A DNA stretch of 64,000 bases from an uncultured delta proteobacterium (GTDB lineage Bacteria > Myxococcota_A > UBA9160 > SZUA-336): positions 64,001-128,000 of the forward strand of contig CAVPHD010000009.1 in the NCBI GenBank assembly GCA_963704165.1, read 5' to 3'. A model generated the notes under the pieces. It had not been told where the DNA came from, ran no database searches, and saw only the letters and a list, made by a program, of their open reading frames with translations. The position numbers and the translations under genes were made by a program. Positions 47,639 through 64,000 of this stretch are shown piece by piece (within the stretch, counting starts at the first letter, position 1; each line of letters starts with the position of its first letter).

Positions 47639-48256
47639 TCACGTCCGGAACGGCATGCCGAGGCCGGTGAGGAGAGCCAGGCCCTCCTCGTCGGTCTCCG
47701 CCGTCGTCACGATCGTCACGTTCAATCCCCTGATCTTCTCGACCTTGTCGTAGTCCACTTCCGGAAAGATGATCTGCTCTCGAAGCCCGAGCGTGTAGTT
47801 GCCACGCCCGTCGAACGCTCGAGGCGAGACGCCCCGGAAGTCGCGAACGCGCGGCAGCGCCACGTTGACGAGCCGATCGAGAAACTCCCACATGCGCGCG
47901 CGGCGCAGGGTCACGGTGACACCGATCCGCTGGTTCTCGCGAAGGCGGAAGTTCGCGATCGCCTTCTTGGCCTTCTGGATGATCGGCTTCTGACCGGTCA
48001 TCCGCGCGATCTCGTCCGCCGCCGCGTCGAGCAGCTTCGGGTTCTGGGTCGCTTCACCGAGACCGACGTTCAGCGTCACCTTCACGAGTCGCGGAACCTG
48101 CATGGCGCTCTTGTACTTGAAGCGATTCTGCAGCTCCGGCGCGACTGCGGACTTGTAGACTTCCTGCAGGCGCGGCACGTAGCCCTCGACCGTCGGTTCG
48201 ACCGTCGGTTCGACCGGCGCAGTGGATTCGCCTGTCTTCTTCTTTGCCCTAGCCAT
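47639..48256 (-). CDS. rplE: 50S ribosomal protein L5 with N-terminal extension
   Basis: [28 protein letters not shown]. Confidence 0.97.
   Translation of the reverse strand: MARAKKKTGESTAPVEPTVEPTVEGYVPRLQEVYKSAVAPELQNRFKYKSAMQVPRLVKVTLNVGLGEATQNPKLLDAAADEIARMTGQKPIIQKAKKAIANFRLRENQRIGVTVTLRRARMWEFLDRLVNVALPRVRDFRGVSPRAFDGRGNYTLGLREQIIFPEVDYDKVEKIRGLNVTIVTTAETDEEGLALLTGLGMPFRT
48186..48216. repeat. In-frame 12-bp tandem repeat (~2.6 copies) encoding VEPT in the L5 extension
   Basis: TCGACCGTCGGT twice, followed by TCGACCG. Confidence 0.85.
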
Positions 48257-48560
48257 CGATCGCCTCGTCGTGCTTCTTGCTCCAGCGGAGCTTGCGTCCA
48301 TCGACCACCCGGAATGCCACGCGCGTCTTCTCGCCCTTGTGGACGAGCGCCACGTTCGACACGTGGATCGATGCTTCCTTCTCGATGATCCCGCCCTGAC
48401 GCGTCGCCGCATTGGGCTTCTGATGCTTCTTGACCACGTTCACGCGCTCGACCGTCACACGCTCGCGCTCGGGATGAACACGCAAGACCGTTCCGCGCTT
48501 TCCCCGATCGCGGCCGGCGGTGACTTCGACCGTATCGCCCTTGCGAATCCTGGCCGACAT
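48249..48560 (-). CDS. rplX: 50S ribosomal protein L24
   Basis: [26 protein letters not shown]. Confidence 0.97.
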   Translation of the reverse strand: MSARIRKGDTVEVTAGRDRGKRGTVLRVHPERERVTVERVNVVKKHQKPNAATRQGGIIEKEASIHVSNVALVHKGEKTRVAFRVVDGRKLRWSKKHDEAIDG

Positions 48561-48928
48561 CAGAGCACCTCGGGTGCGAGCGAAATGATCTTCATGAAGC
48601 GCCGGGCGCGGAGTTCGCGCGCGACCGGGCCGAAGATGCGAGTCCCGATCGGCTCACGGTTGTTGTCCACCAGCACGACGGAGTTGTCGTCGAAACGGAT
48701 GTACGAGCCATCAGCGCGGCCGATCTCCTTCTTCGTTCTGACGATGACCGCCTTGTGCAATTGCTTCTTCTTCACGCGCGCACCGGGCAGAGCCTCCTTC
48801 ACCGACACCACGATGATGTCGCCGATCGAGGCATAGCGGCGCTGCGACCCGCCCAGCACTTTCACGCAGAAGACCCGGCGCGCACCCGAGTTGTCCGCCA
48901 CGTCGAGGACCGACTGCATCTGAATCAC
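48560..48928 (-). CDS. rplN: 50S ribosomal protein L14
   Basis: [28 protein letters not shown]. Confidence 0.98.
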   Translation of the reverse strand: MIQMQSVLDVADNSGARRVFCVKVLGGSQRRYASIGDIIVVSVKEALPGARVKKKQLHKAVIVRTKKEIGRADGSYIRFDDNSVVLVDNNREPIGTRIFGPVARELRARRFMKIISLAPEVL

Positions 48929-49173
48929 GCCAACTTCTCCTGGATGCGCCACCGCTTGCGGCGCGAGAGCGGGCGCGACTCGATGATGCGCACGCGATCG
49001 CCGACCTTGCACGCGTTGGTCTCGTCGTGCGCCATGAAGCGGGTCCGTTTGCGCACGTACTTCTGATACAGGGGGTGAAGGACGGTCCGGCTGACCTCGA
49101 CGATGACGGACTTGTCCATCTTGTCGGAGATCACGACCCCCTCTCGGGTCTTCCGAAGGCCGCGGGCAGTCAT
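48925..49173 (-). CDS. rpsQ: 30S ribosomal protein S17
   Basis: [26 protein letters not shown]. Confidence 0.97.
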   Translation of the reverse strand: MTARGLRKTREGVVISDKMDKSVIVEVSRTVLHPLYQKYVRKRTRFMAHDETNACKVGDRVRIIESRPLSRRKRWRIQEKLA

Positions 49174-49364
49174 GCCTTCCCTTTCCGCTCCGCTTCGAGC
49201 GTGAGCGCGCGGGCCAGATTGCGCCTGGCCTGGCGCAATTCGGCCGTATTCTCGAGCTGTTGAGTCGCGTGTTTGATGCGAAGCCTGAAGAGCTGGTCTC
49301 GCGCCTCGTTGACGCGATCCGCGATCTCCGTGTCGCTGAGCTTGCGAAGTTCGGCGGCCTTCAT
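49170..49364 (-). CDS. rpmC: 50S ribosomal protein L29
   Basis: MKAAELR, LFRLR..QLEN; position in the operon. Confidence 0.95.
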   Translation of the reverse strand: MKAAELRKLSDTEIADRVNEARDQLFRLRIKHATQQLENTAELRQARRNLARALTLEAERKGKA

Positions 49365-49774
49365 ACCTCGCTCCTCTCCAGGATGCGCGTGCGCACGCCC
49401 AGCTTGTGCGCCGCAAGTCGCAGGGCCTCTCGCGCGATCTCCCGCGTGACGCCCTCCATCTCGTAGAGCACGCGTCCTGGCTTCACGGGACAGGCCCAGT
49501 ACTCGGGGCTGCCCTTTCCCTTTCCCATTCGTGTTTCAGGCGGGCGCTTGGTCATCGGTTTGTCGGGAAAGATGCGGATCCAGATCTTTCCACCGCGCTT
49601 GGCATGGCGGGTCATCGCGATACGTGCCGCCTCGATCTGGCGCGCCGTGATCAAGCCGTGATCCAGCGTCTGCAGACCGAAGTCGCCGAACGCGAGCTCA
49701 CCGCCGCGATACGCCTTGCCACGCAGCCGTCCCTTCTGGACTTTGCGGAATTTGGTTTTCTTGGGTTGCAGCAT
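49361..49774 (-). CDS. rplP: 50S ribosomal protein L16
   Basis: [28 protein letters not shown]. Confidence 0.98.
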   Translation of the reverse strand: MLQPKKTKFRKVQKGRLRGKAYRGGELAFGDFGLQTLDHGLITARQIEAARIAMTRHAKRGGKIWIRIFPDKPMTKRPPETRMGKGKGSPEYWACPVKPGRVLYEMEGVTREIAREALRLAAHKLGVRTRILERSEV

Positions 49775-49791
49775 GGGAACTCCGTATCAGC

Positions 49792-50469
49792 TCAGCGCGC
49801 CTGCGCCTCTTCGAGCCTGCCGAGCCGATGATCGTCGAGCTTCGCGTCCGGCACGAGCCCGTGGAACACCCAGCACTTGACGCCGATCAGGCCGTACGTG
49901 CAGTGCGCCTCCCAGAAGCCGAACTCGACCTGCGCGCGAAGGGTGTGAAGAGGGACGCGTCCTTCCATGTACTGCACGACTCGCGACATTTCGGCGCCGC
50001 CGAGCCTGCCCGACACCTTCAATTTGATTCCCTGCGCGCCGAACTTGAGGGCCGCCTGCATTGCCTTCTTCATCGCTCGACGAAACGCCACGCGACGCTC
50101 GAGTTGCAGCGCGATGTTCTCGGCGATCAACTGCGCATCGACCTCGGCCTTTCGGATCTCGCGGATGTTGATGAAGACCTCGTTCTTGGTCATCTCCGCG
50201 ATCTCGTGTCGGAGCGCATCGACGTCGGCACCGCGCTTGCCGATCAGGATGCCGGGGCGCGCCGTGTGGATGTTGACCGACATCTTCTCGGCGCGGCGCT
50301 CGATCACGATCTTGCTGATGCCGGCATGAAACGCGCGCTTCTTGATGAAGTCGCGAATGCGCAGGTCTTCGTGGAGCGCGGTCACGTAGCCGCGCTCCGC
50401 GTACCAGTTCGACTGCCAGCCGTTGATCACGCCGAGCCGGAAGCCGTACGGATGTACTTTCTGTCCCAA
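49792..50469 (-). CDS. rpsC: 30S ribosomal protein S3
   Basis: [30 protein letters not shown]. Confidence 0.98.
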   Translation of the reverse strand: MGQKVHPYGFRLGVINGWQSNWYAERGYVTALHEDLRIRDFIKKRAFHAGISKIVIERRAEKMSVNIHTARPGILIGKRGADVDALRHEIAEMTKNEVFINIREIRKAEVDAQLIAENIALQLERRVAFRRAMKKAMQAALKFGAQGIKLKVSGRLGGAEMSRVVQYMEGRVPLHTLRAQVEFGFWEAHCTYGLIGVKCWVFHGLVPDAKLDDHRLGRLEEAQAR

Positions 50470-50478
50470 TGCCTTCTC

Positions 50479-50826
50479 CTACCGCTCGTCCAGAACGAGG
50501 GTCACATGGCTCACACCCTTGTTGATCCAGGTCGCCCGTCCCTGAGCGCGCGGTCGAATTCGCCACGACCGCGGTCCCTCGTCCACCGTGACCCGCTTCA
50601 CGTAGAGATTGTCGAGATCGATGCCTGCCTGATGCCTGGAGTTGTGCTCGACGGCATTGGCAAGTGCGGACCGCAGCAACTTCTCGAACGGAACGGCTGC
50701 GGACTTCTCGCAGCCACGCAGGATCTCGAGCGCACGGCTCGCCGACTTCGACCGGATCAAATCCGCCACCAGCCGACCCTTTCGTGGCCGGAATCGCACC
50801 CCTTTGGCTCTCGCTCGGACTTCCAT
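50479..50826 (-). CDS. rplV: 50S ribosomal protein L22
   Basis: RKGRLVADLIR, VDEGP, PRAQGRA. Confidence 0.97.
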   Translation of the reverse strand: MEVRARAKGVRFRPRKGRLVADLIRSKSASRALEILRGCEKSAAVPFEKLLRSALANAVEHNSRHQAGIDLDNLYVKRVTVDEGPRSWRIRPRAQGRATWINKGVSHVTLVLDER

Positions 50827-50836
50827 TTCCCTGGCC

Positions 50837-51139
50837 TCACTTCCTCGCCGCGGCCGGCGGCCCCGCGGCCTTCACCTTGCGGTCACCCGAATGCACGACG
50901 GGTTTTCGTGTCGGCGCAAACTCGCCGAGGCGGTGCCCGACCATGTTCTCGGTGACGAAGACGGGCATGAACAAACGGCCGTTGTGGACGTGCAGCGTCA
51001 GGCCAATCATCTCGGGCGTGATCATCGAACGCCTCGACCACGTCCGGATGATCTGCCGCGAGCTCGAGCCCGCCATCGACTCGACCTTCTTCTGAAGGCT
51101 CGCCTGGATGTACGGTCCCTTCTTGACGGAACGCGCCAT
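50837..51139 (-). CDS. rpsS: 30S ribosomal protein S19
   Basis: [26 protein letters not shown]. Confidence 0.98.
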   Translation of the reverse strand: MARSVKKGPYIQASLQKKVESMAGSSSRQIIRTWSRRSMITPEMIGLTLHVHNGRLFMPVFVTENMVGHRLGEFAPTRKPVVHSGDRKVKAAGPPAAARK

Positions 51140-51966
51140 TACTTCTGTCCTCGACGACGGATGATGAAGCGATCCGTCCGGCTGTTGTTGCGTGTCTTGT
51201 GGCCCTTGGTCGGCTTTCCCCACGGGCTCACCGGGTGGCGTCCACCCGAGGTGCGTCCTTCGCCGCCGCCGTGCGGGTGGTCGACCGGATTCATCGCCAC
51301 GCCGCGTACGTTGGGCCGAATTCCGAGCCATCGAGAGCGACCGGCCTTACCGACGGAGAGGTTCTCGTGCTCGGCGTTCCCCACTTGGCCGATCGTGGCG
51401 AGGCAGGTCGCGAGCACCATGCGCGTCTCGCCCGATGGCAGCTTGAGTTGCGCGTACTTCGCATCGCAAGCCATCAACTGCGCACCCATTCCGGCCGAAC
51501 GCACGAGCTGCCCGCCCTTTCCAGGCTTGAGTTCGATGTTGTGAATCAGCGATCCGGTCGGGATCAGGCGCAGGGGCAGCGTATTGCCGGGTTTGATCTC
51601 TGCGCGCTCACCCGTCATCACTCGATCACCGACGCTCAAACCCTGCGGCGAGACGATGTAGCGCTTCTCTCCGTCCGCGTAGTGGAGCAGTGCGATGCGC
51701 GCACTTCGGTTCGGGTCGTACTCGATCGCCGCGACTTTCGCGGGGATGTCCCACTTGTCGCGTTTGAAATCGATGTCGCGGTACAGGCGCTTGTGACCGC
51801 CACCGCGGTGATAGCTCGTGATCTTTCCCCGGGTATTGCGGCCACCGCTGCTGCTCTTGCCCTTGGTGAGCGCGCGCTCCGGCTTCTTCTTCGAGAGATC
51901 CGAGAAGTCGGCGACGGACATCCCGCGTCGGCCGGGTGATGTGGGTTTATAGGTGCGCACGGCCAC
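51139..51966 (-). CDS. rplB: 50S ribosomal protein L2
   Basis: [27 protein letters not shown]. Confidence 0.98.
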   Translation of the reverse strand: MAVRTYKPTSPGRRGMSVADFSDLSKKKPERALTKGKSSSGGRNTRGKITSYHRGGGHKRLYRDIDFKRDKWDIPAKVAAIEYDPNRSARIALLHYADGEKRYIVSPQGLSVGDRVMTGERAEIKPGNTLPLRLIPTGSLIHNIELKPGKGGQLVRSAGMGAQLMACDAKYAQLKLPSGETRMVLATCLATIGQVGNAEHENLSVGKAGRSRWLGIRPNVRGVAMNPVDHPHGGGEGRTSGGRHPVSPWGKPTKGHKTRNNSRTDRFIIRRRGQK

Positions 51967-51969
51967 GAC

Positions 51970-52260
51970 TCACACTCCCTCGAAGAACTCGATCGAGTCG
52001 CCGGAGCGCAGACGCACACGCGCCTTCTTCCACGACGGCCGATCGCCGATGAACCTGCCCACGCGCCGGGATTTCCCCCGAACGCGGTTCGTGCGGACCT
52101 CGAGCACCTTCACGTTGAAGAGCTCCTCGACCGCACGCCGGATCTCGTGCTTGTTTGCGTCCGGGTGAACGGCGAACGTCACGATGTTCTGCTGCTCGCG
52201 CTCGATCGTGCTCTTCTCGGTGACGACCGGTCGCTGGATCACCTGCCGAAGGTCCTTCAT
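51970..52260 (-). CDS. rplW: 50S ribosomal protein L23
   Basis: PVVTEKS, ANKHEI, WKKARV. Confidence 0.97.
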   Translation of the reverse strand: MKDLRQVIQRPVVTEKSTIEREQQNIVTFAVHPDANKHEIRRAVEELFNVKVLEVRTNRVRGKSRRVGRFIGDRPSWKKARVRLRSGDSIEFFEGV

Positions 52261-52835
52261 GACAGCCTCTCCACGACGGCCGGGAGAGCGGACCGCGTGA
52301 TCACGACGTGCTTGCGCAGGAGCACGTCACGCACGTTCAGGCCCATCACCGCGAGCACTCGCACGAAGGGCAGATTTCGACCGGCCAGCTCGAGATTGCG
52401 GTCGCGCTCACGCGTGATGATCAGCACATCCTCGGCACCGATCTCGCGCAGCTTCGCGATCAGGAGCTTCGTCTTCGGCTCGGCGAGCGCGAAATCGTCC
52501 ACGACGAGTACGCGATCTTCGCTCTTGCGAAGCGAGAGCGCCGAGCGAAGCGCGGCCTTCCGCACCTTCTTGGGCACGGAGACCTCGTAGTCGCGCGGGC
52601 GCGGACCGTGAACGATGCCGCCGCCCGCCCACTGCGGGGCGCGGATCGTCCCTTGGCGGGCGCGGCCCGTGCCCTTCTGCTTCCAGGGCTTGATGCCGCC
52701 GCCCGAGACCTGCGCACGGCTCTTGACCGCGGCCGTCCCACTGCGTCGCGCGGCCATCTGCGCCACCGATACGGTGTGCAAGAGGTCGCCGCGGATCGGC
52801 GCTTCGAAAATCTTTGGATCGAGTTCCATGGCCAT
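52257..52835 (-). CDS. rplD: 50S ribosomal protein L4 (short N-terminus)
   Basis: [28 protein letters not shown] 4 nt after the rpsJ stop. Confidence 0.96.
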   Translation of the reverse strand: MAMELDPKIFEAPIRGDLLHTVSVAQMAARRSGTAAVKSRAQVSGGGIKPWKQKGTGRARQGTIRAPQWAGGGIVHGPRPRDYEVSVPKKVRKAALRSALSLRKSEDRVLVVDDFALAEPKTKLLIAKLREIGAEDVLIITRERDRNLELAGRNLPFVRVLAVMGLNVRDVLLRKHVVITRSALPAVVERLS

Positions 52836-52839
52836 CGTC

Positions 52840-53157
52840 CTAGAGCTTGATCTCCACGTCCACACCGGCGGAGAGCTCGAGCTTCATGAGCGCGTCCACC
52901 GTCTGGGGCGTTGGGTCGAGGATGTCGATCAGTCGCCTGTGCGTTCGGATCTCGAACTGCTCTCGGCTCTTCTTGTCCACGTGCGGGCCACGCAGAACCG
53001 TGAACTTGACGATCGAAGTCGGCAGAGGGATCGGCCCTGCGGTTCGCGATCCGGTGCGAACGCAGGTATCGAGAATCTCGGAGGCGCTCATGTCGAGCAG
53101 CTTGTGGTCGAAGGCCTTCATGCGGATACGGATCTTCGGGCTACCGAGCTCTGCCAT
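52840..53157 (-). CDS. rpsJ: 30S ribosomal protein S10
   Basis: [30 protein letters not shown]. Confidence 0.98.
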   Translation of the reverse strand: MAELGSPKIRIRMKAFDHKLLDMSASEILDTCVRTGSRTAGPIPLPTSIVKFTVLRGPHVDKKSREQFEIRTHRRLIDILDPTPQTVDALMKLELSAGVDVEIKL

Positions 53158-53163
53158 GGCCAG

Positions 53164-54355
53164 TTACTCGATCACTTCGGCGACGACGCCAGCGCCGACC
53201 GTGCGGCCACCTTCGCGGATCGCGAAGCGAAGACCCTGGACCATCGCGATCGGGGTGATCAGATCCACCTTGATCGCGATGTTGTCACCAGGCATCACCA
53301 TCTCCGTCCCCTCCGGCAACTCCACGATCCCCGTCACGTCCGTCGTCCGAAAATAAAACTGAGGCCGGTACCCCTTGAAGAACGGCGTATGACGACCCCC
53401 CTCTTCCTTCGTCAGCACGTAGACCTCCGCCTTGAACTTCGTGTGAGGCGTGATCGAGCCCGGCTTCGCCAACACCTGACCCCGCTCCACCTCTTCCTTC
53501 TTCGTACCGCGAAGCAGGCACCCGATGTTGTCTCCCGCCTGACCCTCGTCCAACAACTTCCGGAACATCTCCACACCCGTGACCACCGTCTTCGTCGTCG
53601 GCTTCACACCCACGATCTCGACCTCGTCTCCCGTGTGCACCTTCCCCTGCTCCACGCGACCCGTCACCACCGTCCCGCGTCCCGAAATCGAAAACACGTC
53701 CTCGATCGGCATCAGGAACGGCTTGTCCAACGCCCGCTTCGGCTCCGGGATCCAGCTGTCCAACGCGTCCATCAACTCGTCGATGCACGCGTTCGCACCA
53801 TCGTCCGCCGAGTTCTGACCCGCCTTCAACGCGCTCCCGCGAATGATCGGCACGTCGTCCCCGCGGAAATCGTTCTTCGACAACAAGCTCCCGAACCTCG
53901 AGCTCCACCAGCTCCAAAAGCTCCGGGTCGTCCACCATGTCCACCTTGTTCAGAAACACCACCATGTGCGGCACGTTCACCTGCTTCGCCAGCAAGACGT
54001 GCTCCCGCGTCTGAGGCATCGGACCGTCGGCCGCCGACACCACCAAGATCGCTCCGTCCATCTGCGCCGCACCCGTGATCATGTTCTTCACGTAGTCCGC
54101 GTGACCCGGACAGTCCACGTGTGCGTAGTGACGAGCCTTCGACTCGTACTCCACGTGCGCCGTCGCAATCGTGATCCCGCGCTCCCGCTCCTCCGGCGCC
54201 TTGTCGATCTGGTCAAACGCCAGCTTCTGAGCCATCCCCTTCGTCGCCTGACGCGACGTGATCGCCGCCGTCAACGTCGTCTTCCCGTGATCTACGTGAC
54301 CAATCGTCCCCACGTTCACGTGAGGCTTCGTTCGCTCGAACTTCTCCTTGGACAT
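53164..54355 (-). CDS. tuf: Elongation factor Tu; +1 frameshift ~53886
   Basis: [28 protein letters not shown]; next frame [21 protein letters not shown]. Confidence 0.97.
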
Positions 54356-54394
54356 GGACTTGACCCCCGAGAGGAGCCGGCCGTTGGCCGGACG

Positions 54395-56465
<2,071 letters not shown>

Positions 56466-56479
56466 GCTTCGACTCGGCC

Positions 56480-56950
56480 CTACCAGCGGTAGTGGGCGAA
56501 CGCCTTGTTGGCGTCCGCCATGCGATGCGTCTCTTCGCGCTTTCGAACCGCCTCGCCGCGCTCTGCGGCTGCATCGAGCAACTCGGCCGCGAGTTTCTCC
56601 TGCATCGACTTGCCGGCGCGTGCTCGCGCGTACTGAACCACCCAACGCATCGCGAGCGCCGATCCCCGGTTCGGCGAAACCTCGACCGGAACCTGGTAGG
56701 TCGCTCCACCCACGCGGCGGCTCTTCACCTCGACGCGCGGCCGCACGTTCTCGAGCGCCCGCCGGAAGACCCGAATCGGCTCCTCCTGTCCGCGCTCCTC
56801 GACGAGGCCGAGCGCACCGTAGGCGATGGACTCGGCCGTGCTCTTCTTTCCGCAGCTCATCAACACATTGATGAACTTCGCGACCTGCCGATCGCCGAAC
56901 CTCGGATCCGGTGTCGTCTCGCGTCGCGGGACTTCGCGTCGTCGGGGCAT
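56480..56950 (-). CDS. rpsG: 30S ribosomal protein S7
   Basis: [32 protein letters not shown]. Confidence 0.98.
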   Translation of the reverse strand: MPRRREVPRRETTPDPRFGDRQVAKFINVLMSCGKKSTAESIAYGALGLVEERGQEEPIRVFRRALENVRPRVEVKSRRVGGATYQVPVEVSPNRGSALAMRWVVQYARARAGKSMQEKLAAELLDAAAERGEAVRKREETHRMADANKAFAHYRW

Positions 56951-56960
56951 CTTCGTGCTC

Positions 56961-57332
56961 CTACTTACGCCGCTTCGTGCCGTAGCGGCTGCGGCCCTGA
57001 TTGCGACCATCCACCCCGAGCGTGTCGAGCGTGCCCCTCACGATGTGGTAGCGGACGCCGGGGAGATCCTTCACGCGGCCACCACGCACCAACACCACCG
57101 AGTGTTCTTGGAGGTTGTGCCCTTCGCCGGGAATGTACGCCCACACTTCGCGTCCATTCGACAGCCGAACGCGTGCGACCTTTCGCAGCGCGGAGTTCGG
57201 CTTCTTGGGTGTCTGCGTGGAGACGCGGATGCATACGCCACGTCGCTGCGGACACTGCATCAGATCGCGGGCCTTGATCTTCTTCTGCTTGGTCGCACGC
57301 CCGTTGCGAACCAGCTGTTGAATCGTCGGCAT
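56961..57332 (-). CDS. rpsL: 30S ribosomal protein S12
   Basis: [27 protein letters not shown]. Confidence 0.98.
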   Translation of the reverse strand: MPTIQQLVRNGRATKQKKIKARDLMQCPQRRGVCIRVSTQTPKKPNSALRKVARVRLSNGREVWAYIPGEGHNLQEHSVVLVRGGRVKDLPGVRYHIVRGTLDTLGVDGRNQGRSRYGTKRRK

Positions 57333-57527
57333 CTCGGCCCCTGTGTGAGTTTCAACGAACGCGCTAGCCCTCGCGCGTACGACGACCCGCCCGCTGGATG
57401 TTTGCAGGACAGGGAGTTTCACCCCCCTGCACGACACCCCGGTGGACGGTGGCTCTTCTGCGAGGATCCCTACCGAGCGAGTCCCCGAAGGCGAACCCCA
57501 AGGGATCTGCGTCCTTCGCTCGGAAGG
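57333..57527 (-). promoter_or_regulatory. Long structured 5' leader of the str operon
   Basis: 8-bp (57473-57480 / 57516-57523) and 7-bp (57465-57471 / 57501-57507) complementary pairs, a cUUCGg loop at ~57486, and a hairpin at 57404-57430. Confidence 0.5.
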
Positions 57528-57533
57528 GGCCGA

Positions 57534-57561
57534 ATTATATTGGGAAACGGCCCGGTGTCAA
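57534..57561 (-). promoter_or_regulatory. Consensus sigma70 promoter for the str/S10/spc cluster
   Basis: TTGACA (57561-57556), 16-bp spacer, TATAAT (57539-57534), then a GC-rich discriminator TCGGCCCC. Confidence 0.85.
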
Positions 57562-57604
57562 CCGCGCGGGCAGGGTCGCGAAAACGAGGCGAAGGTTCGC
57601 ACGA

Positions 57605-61780
<4,176 letters not shown>

Positions 61781-61795
61781 TTTGGCTCTCCTCTC

Positions 61796-64000
<2,205 letters not shown>

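Noticed and set aside
57404..57430. FMN riboswitch or group II intron-like GGGTGAAACTCCC motif
   Set aside because: Only one T-loop-like hairpin matches; the other conserved elements are absent and the context is rpsL.

Overview
High-GC (roughly 68% by eye) bacterial chromosome segment. Gene content and order suggest a deltaproteobacterial-type organism such as Myxococcota (inference). The right ~25 kb (39.2-64 kb, minus strand) is the rpoB(partial)-rpoC, str, S10, spc and alpha ribosomal-protein cluster. The middle holds housekeeping genes: argS, SPOR, rfbD, UDP-GlcA decarboxylase, lepA-lepB, pyrR-pyrB-pyrC-carA-carB, recG, lipA, alaC-hom-thrC, glpX and ribE. The left 15.5 kb is the least explained part. 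It encodes (i) a >884-aa protein missing from the ORF track, with a degenerate nuclease-like motif, an RNase E-like Arg/acidic disordered region and a DHH-type domain, downstream of HIT and dGTPase genes; (ii) three uncharacterised exported/TPR proteins; (iii) an orphan PilT/PilU ATPase followed by a GAF histidine-kinase homologue with Tyr in place of the phospho-His (DivL-like); (iv) two unlisted basic microproteins, one histone-H1-like behind a structured ~200-nt leader and one bS22/COX24-like; and (v) a V4R-PAS kinase. Further oddities: rplC is absent from the S10 operon, tuf has atypical G/T-rich codon usage, and the rpsL leader has crossed (pseudoknot-like) pairings. Many single-base frameshifts, including in essential genes, are most likely long-read assembly errors. 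I recognised no tRNA, rRNA, CRISPR array or mobile element.
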